A stretch of 64,000 nucleotides of DNA from Chrysomallon squamiferum (taxonomy: Eukaryota; Animalia; Mollusca): positions 27,962,001 to 28,026,000 of the forward strand of contig CM022665.1 in NCBI GenBank assembly GCA_012295275.1, given 5' to 3'. The notes beneath the pieces are model-generated. The model saw nothing but the letters and a program-made list of their open reading frames with translations, had not been told where the DNA came from and did no database searches. The stretch's first letter is position 1; each line of letters starts with the position of its first letter. The position numbers were made by a program, and so were the translations under genes. This document shows positions 28,411 through 52,500 of this stretch, in pieces.

Positions 28411-29192
28411 CAACAGTAACCATTTCTTAACATGATATATTATTTTCAGTTTAATCCGTCGATGGCTATTGGCCCAGAAACCGCAAGCTACAGGAAAAAT
28501 CCAACTATTCAAGATAAAATTCATGTAATTGCATTTGTTATCGATGGATGTTCGGTTGATGTTTTTCCGGAAAAGATTCTCTCCGAAGTTAAAGCAGTAC
28601 AAGAAAAGGCTAACCAAAGAGGTATTTCACACAATTTGAAATATACTGTTGTTGTTATTGTTTCATCATATCCAATTAAAATAATGTAAGTTCTTCATTA
28701 GATTCAGAAGATATGTCAAATATACAAAATAAAAAACAGCAATAAATTTCGTGACACTGTTACCTATATAATGAAATAACCTGGCAATTTCAGAGCTATA
28801 GTTTTATATATATATATATATACACATATTATGAAAAAAAAAAAAATATTCTTTTTTTTTTTTTTTTTTTTTGTTAATTTAAATTTCTTATCAGTATAAT
28901 TGTTTTTGTTTAATGAGGCATTCCCCAAGTGGTCCTTCTCACAAAAGTTGATAAGGTTTGTCAAGAAGTGGAAGAGAATTTGCTAGAAATGTACTGCAGC
29001 CAGAGCATTGCCGACCTGGTTGACAAAACATCACAGCTAATTGGGTTACCCCGAGCACACATCCTTCCCATGAAGAATTATGAAAAAGAGACGGAGTTGG
29101 AAGAAAATGTCAATGTGGCCGCCTTGCTTACCATTAGACAAATTCTGAGATTTGCAGATGACTTCCTGTGGAACATTATTGATGATGATTAA
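26141..29192 (+). CDS. IFI44L: Interferon-induced protein 44-like protein, copy B (GTPase only, no TLDc), ~298 aa, 6 coding exons
   Basis: Exons 26141-26216 (MAEDTKS...VSKVTG), 26589-26626 (GKPWRTLPRLSAK), 27567-27755 (NILLIGSVGSGKSSYFN), 27995-28141 (RLCDTRGLEE), 28450-28621, 28918-29192 (PQVVLLTKVD; TAA stop). The core exon lengths (189/147/172 nt) and phases equal those of copy A. A probable non-coding first exon ends at the donor at 25731. AATAAA occurs near 29347 and 29426. Confidence 0.9.
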
Positions 29193-31271
29193 ATCAGTGC
29201 TAGTCAGTTAAAATTTGTGCCTGTATTTATGACTGATTAAACAAAAATATGTAGTAATTAATACTTCTCGATATGAAATCATCAATCTAACACAAATAAT
29301 ACAAATAGTTGAATATATCAAAGTTCACTAGAGTTCAGTAAATTATAATAAAAGCATTTATAATTAAGTGGACTTTATGTTATTTTAATTATTTGTATAA
29401 GATTATTACATATAATTATGTGTTCAATAAACATTTATTTTCATAATTTGTTTTCACACACACACACACTCACGCACACAGCCACACACATTTGTAAGTT
29501 AATTGGGCAATTCCATGGCTCAAGGGACAAAAGCCAAAAAAATTTTTAAGTATTTCATTATGCAAAGGGGAATATCATTTCCATGCACCCCTAGACAATT
29601 GATTAAACTGAATACACAGAAAAGTTTGCGTGGCCAAGAATGACATATTAAAAAAAGTGAATTGGCATGTATGGAAGAATGATTCAGATGAGACAATTTC
29701 AAAGGTAGTAGAAGAGGGAACAACTGATGATTTGCACCTCTACATTTTTCATTCTTATTGCCCGAATTTATTATACATGTCAGTACCAGGATGAGATAGA
29801 AAGTGCTCATTGGCAGCCTTTCTACAGTATTCACACTGGATATTGGCGTGCCATACACAACTGTGATAGCGTATGATAATCTTGCACATTCGAAAAACAC
29901 TAATCATAGCATACCTTGACATGCTCTTGGAAATGATCCCCAGGTCAGTGAAAAGATTATTGTGACACGCTCAAATAAAAAAAATAAAAAATAAAAATTT
30001 CTGGATATATAATTGTACTTAAATGTAATAAGATCAGTAAAATTTGAGGTGTAAATTATAACTGGATAACATCAATAACACACGAAAATTATCATTGTTT
30101 ATCAAATGTTTTATTGAAACAGAATATAGACTTCAATATTGAAAAGAAGGCAAAAAAAAGTTGTAATCTGACATAGTTTTCTTAAATTTTAAGAATTAAA
30201 AATGACAATGGATATAAGAAGTGCAAGTCATAGATACATTTTAGCAGCATCTATGTTAAATCAGTTAAAACTACTAAAACTAATATTTGAAAATGAAATG
30301 ACGCAACATCGAAAATTAAACAGCATTTATAAAATTTATAAAATTCACAAGTTCAGTTTATTTTATCAGAACATGTTACACAAAACCAAATTCAGTAGAA
30401 ATTAAAACATTTCACTTTAATGAGATATAATATACAGTAACAGTTATGACAAAATAATCTGATACAGCTTTTCTTGAAATAACAAAACACTTTCATAAAG
30501 ATTAATTGAAATAACAGTTTGATACAGCTGTTCTTGAATTTCAGTTCCAACTATTTCTCTTATCTTTTTGTAAGTAAGAGAAAGAAGAATTAAAATTAAT
30601 GTTACTCACAATAAAAAATAATTATAAGTTTATATATAGATATATGTATCTGTCTTTACGGTATATGTTGATTGTTAAAATGAACTTGAGCTTAAAAAGT
30701 TAAAAAAAACTATTTTAAGAAAATTTCAATAGCATGTACAAATTTCTTCAAACATTTTAAGAAAATAATAAAAAAACAAAAAAAATCAGACTTCCAGTAT
30801 ATGTTATGATGAGAGTTTTACAATATTCTGATTATTTCTGACAAACTACAATTGTATAAATGCATTACATTACATTGTAACAACAGAAGAGACAAAATCA
30901 TCCATTTCCTAAATATGTTAAGAATCCACAGCTGAACCTGTAATAATATAACACATTACCAAAATGGCAAAATAGAGAAAGTAAATGCAGATAATTAACT
31001 AAAACAATTCTGACAAATTAACTTTTCTTTTTCTTTTTTTTTTTTTTTTTTTTTTTTCTTTTTTGGGGGTGGGTTTATGGGGTGGGGTTTGTTATTAAAT
31101 ACCAATATCTTTAGACATTTTATTCACATATATTTTCTGCAGGCTTTTTAAGCTAATAATTATTTCAGACATATGCTGGATTACATTGCAAAAATCCCCA
31201 CAAAAACAGAACAAAACAAGGTCAGTCAGTGACAAATAAGGATGTGCACTTCCAATACTGTTTTCCTGTGT

Positions 31272-44053
<12,782 letters not shown>

Positions 44054-44091
44054 ATTTTATTATTCTTTCTAAAACAGACAAGGCGTTTTGA

Positions 44092-44107
44092 ACCAATCCA
44101 TAGCAAC
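44092..44107 (-). promoter_or_regulatory. RFX X-box half-site (CCATAGCAAC) and adjacent CCAAT, ~45 bp upstream of the PPP1R36 ATG
   Basis: Sequence aaccaatccatagcaac. RFX sites are typical of ciliary/flagellar gene promoters. Motif match only. Confidence 0.45.
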
Positions 44108-44118
44108 AGTATACGAGT

Positions 44119-44342
44119 TATTTGATATTTTTTCTCAGAAACAGAAGTATAATCCGTAATATTATTTCCCTTGTTGAGTTTACTTAATTTATTTAATGCC
44201 GCCTCTCTTACATAACAAATACAGACACAAAAAGTTAGAATTTTATTATTTGATATTTTTTTCTCAGAAATGCAGAAGTCATAATCCGTAATATACAGAT
44301 ATAAATAAAGATGTTGGACAGTTTACTTAATTTATTTAATGC
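44119..44342. repeat. Local direct duplication (~80-95 bp, two copies) upstream of PPP1R36
   Basis: TATTTGATATTTTTTCTCAGAAA..CAGAAGT.ATAATCCGTAATA...AGTTTACTTAATTTATTTAATGC occurs at 44119-44199 and 44247-44342. Confidence 0.8.
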
Positions 44343-44500
44343 AGTAGGGGTAAATCTCTTTTTTGGGGGGAGGGAGGTAGGTTTACAGTTACGTTTGAAA
44401 ACCGGCTTTTGAAGTCTACTTAATTTTTTTGTTAAATACAGTTGATTTAATTTTAATTATAATCATATTAAGCTGTCGTCCGGAAACCTGGGTCACTTAC

Positions 44501-45214
44501 CGGGTGGCTGGGTAAAAAAAAGTCACAGAAAAAAGTCACAGTTTAGTATAGGGAAAAAAGTCACAATTTTTATATACCAAAATGTATGTGTTTCTAGAGT
44601 ACTGAATGTGGCACCAGAGTATGCATGGGCTAATAGTTAAGCTTATTGATTTGGTCATTTAGGCTAGATTAAAGAAAGAATCTTCATATTTTGTGCAGTG
44701 GTGATGCCCGGGTCTAGCTTATTCATTAGAATATATTTAAACAAAGGGTTTCCTATTGTAAATGATTTATAAAATGTCCCAGGTTAAAATGTGTTTTGCT
44801 ATATATTCTCCAGTTGGCTCTAGTGTCAGAAGTATGTTTAATATGGAAGTTATTCATAGCAATAAGGGTGGTAACAAAATCTGTTATGAGGGGTTCATGT
44901 ATACCAAACATGCAACTCGCAAAACAAAGGTGTGGTGGAAATGCGTCTAGGGATCTAGTTGTAATTTTCAAGGTTCTGTGATAACAGACCTATCGAGAGC
45001 ACCCAGAAGCAGTTCAACCACACAACCATGCTTTAGTTAAGATCGCAAAAATACGCAACTCGATGCTAGATAAACCACCAACATTAAAATCAAAAATATT
45101 AAAAAAATACTGACAAAATGTGTTTAATCTATCTCACGTTGCTAATATATTTCTTAATTAAAATTGTTACTTTTTTCCTGTTGTTTTTTTTTTCTGTCTT
45201 TTTTCCTAGATTCC
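44501..45214 (+). mobile_element. Internally deleted Mutator-like (MULE/Phantom-type) DNA transposon relic with a FLYWCH zinc-finger pseudo-ORF
   Basis: The left end has three AAAAAAGTCACA repeats (44515-44565). The right end has degenerate inverted copies and ends TTTTTTCCTAGATTCC (45165-45214). Inside, 44843-45029 reads MEVIHSNKGGNKICYEGFMYTKHATRKTKVWWKCV*GSSCNFQGSVITD...HNH, a FLYWCH pattern with a stop and a frameshift. No TSD or DDE domain is visible. Confidence 0.7.
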
Positions 45215-46697
45215 ATTACTGATTCCATGTTTGCCAAATAAATGGTCTTGTACCTGTGCAAAATCTTCCATTCACAAGATATTAATCACAATAAGGACAG
45301 CTCTGCTCTCGTGAAAACCTAAGTTCCTAAGCCCTTCTAATCAACGCTTTTTTAAATTTTATTATTATTATTATTATTATGATTGTCAAACTAACTATTT
45401 TCAGCTGGAATAAATAACTTTTTGCATGTAAGTTACGCCTGAGATTTTAAAAAAGTTCATAGTAATAATTAATTTGTTTAATTCATTTTCTTTATAGATG
45501 AAATTATTTAAATATGACACTAAACTAAATAATTATGAAAGTCATAATCTGTTATACATATGAAAGACAGCTCATAATAATTATATTTATATTTATATTT
45601 ATTTACTGTTTTATTTGCGGGTTTGTTGTTATTGTAATATCTCAGTCAAACAATACACACCATTTAATACAAACTGTCAAAGAGAATGAAATGTAAAAAA
45701 CTTCAAATGGCGCCTGTCAGAAAGACTACCAGCTAACTGAAGGTGGTATTACGTCTTTTGGTCTCGTGTCGGAGATTTCCACGATGAGTGACGTCTGATA
45801 CACAAACACCTTTGCTGATAACATTATCCAAAGCAGTTCAAAAGATCGTAAGCTGTTAAAGTTCATTGCAACATTTTCACGTTTTATTTTGTTTTGTTTC
45901 ATGTAATTTCTGTGACTCTTTTTCATTTCAAAACCAACATTACACAAATTTTAAAATGATTTTTGTTGTTTGTTAATTTATTTATTTATTTAAATAATTT
46001 TTTTTTCAATTATTTATTTACGAATTTTAAGCATTGCTTAAATATATAAAAATTTAAAACAAAACAGTTATAAAATAAAATGATTTTGATTCATTATTAT
46101 GAAATGAGAATGGCTAGTTCAGTATGAATCTGTTTATCTGCAATAAATCTTAATTCTTCTTTTGATTTATACACAAACTTCTACCAGCTTGAACTGCAAC
46201 GCAGTCTGCCCTTTGACAAAATTAATCCCGCCCATTATCACACTTGTTTCGGCGTCAGACATCGCTGATCAGATCTTTGTAGGGTCGTTCTCTTTTTCTT
46301 TTTTTTTAATTAGTTAGTAATAACCAAATAAGAAAGTCGTAATCGTCCTGAAGAGAGATGTGACTACATAGACACAGGTAAATAATGTCATGCATACTTA
46401 TAGAGTCTAACAGAAAGAATGTATATTTTTATTTCTTCTTTACTTTTTAATTTCTGCTTGATATTTGGATTTGAATTTTAATTAATTTTAAATCTCTCTT
46501 TCGTTTTGTTTTGTTTATGTGTTTTTAATTATTTTATTTTTATTAGTAACTTATTTTTAAATTTATTAATATTTTTGTTTTAAAGAAAAAAAGAAAAGGC
46601 GGTTAATAAATTATTATAATGGAGGAAAGTTGTAGAGTAATTAGATTAAAATTCCCGAATACAGTGATAAAATATTTTGTTTTTCATGTTGTCAAGA

Positions 46698-46765
<68 letters not shown>

Positions 46766-47661
46766 TTATTTATTTATTTATTTATTTATTTATTAAATTC
46801 TGAGTAACATAACTAAATACGTTATAAATGGTAAAAGTCTAAATTTAGGATGTAACAAATAATTTTCCATTCTGTGAAATCAGATACATTCCAACTGGAG
46901 ATTTTAAAAATAAAACATCGTTCTGAAATTCAGTTTATGGAAACAGCACAGACAATTGGCACAGATAACATTAATAATTTATTTCATACACTTTCTGTTA
47001 TATGAAAGTTTGTTTCAGGATCTTTAAGGATAATAAAGTGTGAATATGACATAATAAACCGACGAAAAAGCAGACTAACGTTGTCCTTTTACTCACGTCA
47101 TTTACATTATCACTGCGTCGTCTGGTGTTTCGTTTGGTTTAACACCCGCACAATTTTAGGAAACAATATGATATTTTCCACCTATATCATGAATTACTTA
47201 ATTCGTCTTTCTATCTCAATCGCTATTTTAGAATCAAGTGGCGTAAATGTAACAATAAATATTCATAATTCCATAATAGTAATATAATAGTTATAAATTA
47301 ACTGAGCTAATAAAGATATGTAACTTGTATTCTAAATTTCCAAGATGACATTAATGTACACTTTGATGACTGAATATGTTGACTAATATTATCTGAATTT
47401 GAAGGGCTTAAATGTGCTGAAAAAAAAACCCCCCACAAAAAATAATAATAAGAAGAAGAAGAAGAGAGGACGTAAAGATTTAATATTATTTTAAAAAACG
47501 TCATTAAAAATTAAAAAAACAACAACAATAAAGTGAAATTTTCACATACATACATACAAGTGTAATAAAAGTAATAATCTTGTGGTTGTAGTTAAAATTT
47601 TGTATTTCTTAGAGATGTTTGGATGAACTTTTATGGTTATGAAATTTTAAAATTACATTTC

Positions 47662-47696
<35 letters not shown>

Positions 47697-49569
47697 GAGA
47701 GAAGAAAGAAATAAAAAGAAGGGAAACAATTAAAAACAACTAAAGACCGCAGTTATTTTTTAATTATTAACAATAAAATAAAATAAAATAAATTAATAGA
47801 ATAAAATAAAATAAAATACAAATCACAAACAAAACAACAACAAACAAACAAAAAATCAATATTGTAATTATTTAACATTTCTATAAAATATTTTAATTTA
47901 GGAGAAAGTTTATCCACATTATTAAACAAATAAATAATGAAACGGAAGAAGTTTTTTTTTTAATATATTAAGGTGTGTGTGTCACGATGGAGCGTGGGAG
48001 GTGCGTATAGGTTTAGAAATTATTACGTTAAAATGTGAAATTATCTTAATAGCTATTCTGAAATACTTCTAAATTAAAAAAAATCGTATTAACAGATATT
48101 TCAGTAATTTTAAAAACGATAAAAAGTGATTAAAAATTACTTTTTATTCAAAACTTGACCCTAAAAAAATAACTGTAAATTATGAATTTGCCTAGTTTAA
48201 TATGATGAAAAAAAAAAAACGAAACAAATAAAATTATAAATCCAGAAAATATAAACACGTAATAATTAAAAAAAATAATAATAAAACTAAATAATTTTGC
48301 AGTATAATAATTTTGATTATTTTGGGATGGACCATAGTAACAGAGAAAGATGATGATTTACTGTACAGTTTCCTGTCTATAGATAATTCTCCAAATATTA
48401 TCATAAAATAGCTATAATTTCAGGTTTTAATCATTAACAGCAATAAAAGATAAGAGAGAAAACAAGTAATTAAAAAAAAATCAGGTTTTCATGTTGCTCA
48501 TTTTTAAATGATTACTCATTGCCTTATTGTACTTACATAGATTTAAATTTATCATATATTATTAGACTTGAAATGATTCTTAATTTAAAGTTATTGACTA
48601 TCAAGTTTTTGTGACATTGTGTTTTGTTTGACTTAGTCAAATGGGCAACCATGTCAGTTTCCTGAGTTAGTTGGGTAGACCTAATTATGTCATATGTTCT
48701 TAAACTGTTGTTCATTTGAACGAAATCAGACAGTATTTGTCATCTTTTACATATATTTTGAAATAAGAAAGAAAATTCATGAATATATTAACTTCATTCA
48801 AGCATAGGCTATAATAAAATGGTACTTTACTGACAGCAAGATATAATCAAAATTTTAATATAAAAATTATTTATTGATATGGTTCTAGTGTGTTTCGTTA
48901 TGTCAAGAGACAAACAAATTATTTCACATCGTTTTGAAATAAGTCCTTGAAGGTGGAATAAACACTAAGGGTTGAATTTCAACTAAAGGTGGCAAGTGTT
49001 GTTTTTTCTATTTTTGTTCTTTAAAGAACATTTCTCAGGTAGATTTTTTTCTAAATTATTGAAATTCATAACATACAAAACATACAAAACATTTTCTCAG
49101 AATCATTTTGCTCTAAGCTCTTTTGAAATTGGATATTACTGTGTCAAAGGCCAAATATTTCATGGTAGCTGTGATTCCAATCATCAAAATCAAATAAAAA
49201 TGAAAATAAAAATTTAAATATAGGCACAAATGGTAATCTGTTACTACTAGTATATACTAGGTATTGATACCCAAATACTGGAACATGGAGATTTGATCAT
49301 ATTAGGATCACTAATATTAATTTCTAATTTAAAAGTTTATTCAAGTATTGCTTATATAATATTATTTTGTAAAGTTATAAAATCCTCTGCACCAAAAACC
49401 AGTAGTTAATTCAAATGTGATAGTTAAGTAAGCTTTAATTCTAAGATATTTTGTTGAAATGTAATTTATGTTTTGGTTGTTTAAACATGATTAACAAATG
49501 CCAATTATTGGGATTGTTTTCAGTCTTTATTTCTCAGAAACTAAGCTGACAATATCTTTTTGATAGACA

Positions 49570-52500
49570 ATGCTATCAGCAATGAGTACTGCTGATAATG
49601 CCTTTAGTAGAACTGAATGCAAAGATGACTGGGAAATTATTCAGAAGGAGTTTGATGACATTAACAGTGATGTGCAAACACTGCTCTTACAACATGCTTC
49701 AGGTAAAATTGTGTGTGTGTGTGTTGATGTGTGTTTGTATATGTGTCCATATAATTTATAATTGAATATTATAATTCTGTCCTTTTAATTTAACATAATG
49801 AAAAAAAAATCATAATCTCATTAAATTTTTCATTGTTTATGTAATAATCTAATTTATTTACAGATCTTAGTAATCAAAACATTGTCACAGAAAATGATGA
49901 AAACGTTAAAGATCTCAGAACACAATTGTTGAAAGATGATGACAGTTTCAGTGTTCACAGCTGGGTATCACCAAACATCTTACCAAAAACAGAACTAAAT
50001 GAAATACATGGAACCAACCAGATTAAAACAAATGATGCTTCAGTTACACAAGATTATCATCAAATATCAGGAATTCTGCCATTCTTTAAGAAGTCTAGTG
50101 ATCAGATTCAAAACCTTAAACCGAAGTTTCATTTAGCAGTAGCAAAAACTCAGTCAAAACCTTCCAGTAGCCTGATATCTTCAGAAGTATTAACATCTTC
50201 ACTGAATGAAAAGACACCAATAATTTCTGAACAAATGGCTTTTGAAGGATTATATTCTTTCTCAGATATAAAACACACTTTTTCTGATGAGCAACCAATT
50301 ATATCTTCTGTAGGATTAACGTTAAATAAGCAACCAGTTTTATCTCCTGCAGGATTAACATTCAATAAGCAAAAAACTTCATCTTCAGCAGGATTAATGT
50401 TAAATAGGCAACCAGCAATAATTTGTACAGCAGTAACATCAAACAAGCAACAAACAATATCTTTTAGAAAACTGACATCAAACAAGCAGCCATCAGCAGT
50501 GGTGACATCAGATAAGCAAATACCAAGTGACACAAGTTCAGTCGCTGAGAACAGATGTTTATCAAATATGAACAGTGGTAACAATGACGATGTTACAATG
50601 AAGTCTAATTTTGACAGAAGTTCTGAAAACATGATGCATACTAAGCAGACTGTTTTACTTTTATTACAAGATGAAATTCCCATGAAATCTTATGAACAAC
50701 CAGTTGACAGAACATTGTTTGGAAGACCAGATGTTGTTTGTTCTGCCATGTTAAAACATAATGTTAGTACAGAGCTTGACCAAAGTGTTGATGATGGTGC
50801 TGCTGCTGCATCTGTAAACATGACAGATGACAACAGAAATGTTTCAGAAATTATGGCTGTAAAGGAAAATCCTCAGAATGTTCTGAATGCAGAAGTTATT
50901 TCAGAAAATTGTAATAAAGCTTTTATTTGTTCTGATGAAACAGATAAAAGTGTTGATGATATCAAGCAAAGCGAATCTAATGCTAATGATCAGCAAAAGG
51001 CAGATTTTAGTTTTGTAAGTAACAGCAGCATGTTGTCTCAATCCATCGTGAAGAATGTCATAAAACTACTTGATGCAGAGATTGATTTGAAAAATACTTC
51101 TGTCAGTAAACCAGATCCTGCTGGAGAAACAGTCAGTGCAGATGACATAAAAATATTCTATAATATTTCACAGGTGATGGCAGATTTCAGTTTGGTAGAC
51201 AGAAGCCAAATCCTCCCCCACTCACTAGCTAATAGAATTATTGAAAAGCTGAATTTAAATATCAAGTCACAAACTTTATCTATGAGTGAACCTCATATTC
51301 CTGAAAAATATCATGACTCATTACTTACTTTGCCTGGTGTTGGTGAAAATTACAATACTAATGTCAGTATTTCTGTTCCTGAAAAACTGGATCTTTCTGT
51401 GTCAAATAAAAGCACTGAGAGATTGAAAAGTTGCACAAATACAGAAGAAAATGATTCTGCAGATGACATGCATAAACCAGATTTGTGGAACAGCAAAGCC
51501 AGGCTAGATTCAAAACAAAACAAATGCTCAGTTATTGCCAGTTTACTTCAACAAAGCATAAAGGAAGACAGACTGGATATGAATCCATTACCAAAAAAAG
51601 CTGGAATTAATTCTACCATTGAAATAAAATTGAAAGCATCTGATAAAACTGTGATTTCTTCATCTCTTAATGAGAAAAGAAGAGTACAATGTAATAATGG
51701 GAAAGCGAGAAAAATAGAAAAACAACAAAAGAGTATAAAACACAGAACAGACACCAAAAAGAGTGGTGCAGGAAGTACTCGTAAGTCTTACTTCATTTCT
51801 GCAGAGCAAAAGAAACAAAATAAAAGATCTCTTGAAAAACAAAAAAATGAAAACATGGCTGAAAGTGAAAAAAAAAGAGATTTAAAAATATTTTACAATA
51901 AAGATGAATCCAAGGTCAGAAAGGAATGCTTAAATGTACCAAGATCTGTATTTCATAAAACAGAAAGAAGAAGAGAATTCATTTCAAAAATGAAAGAGAT
52001 TCAGAATGATGTTGCTGATGTTAGTACAAATAATTCAGTTGGACTGGAGAATATGACAACCCATCAAACTGTTCGTTTAAAACCTAAAAAATTAAAATTT
52101 TCATTGGATACATTACTACAGAAAATCTGCAATCACAAGAAGTCTGAGAAAGATAAAAAACAGTCAACAGAAATAAATTCCACTGACAGTAAAGAAAACA
52201 AAATACCAGGTTGCTTCAAAAGTAATCTTTTCAAAGGCATTTTCAAGAAAAAGTCAGTGAAAATAAATGAAAATAACTCCACTCAACCAGTGTTTGTTTA
52301 TAAAGGAGATCAGAGCACTGAAGATTGTGATTCTGTTCACAAGTTTTTAACAACTGTTGATCCACATCATAACATTACTAGTCAGAAATATGATCTTTCT
52401 AGAAATAATATCAACAGCAGCACTGGATTTTCTGACAAACAGCCAAATAGCCAAAATATTTGTGCTGGAATATCTTCAAGTTTAAATATGTCTTCAAACA

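Noticed and set aside
29504-30020. Possible DNA transposon beginning GGGCAATTCCA, and ORF 29520-29900
   Set aside because: No matching right TIR or TSD was found, and the ORF has no recognisable motif.
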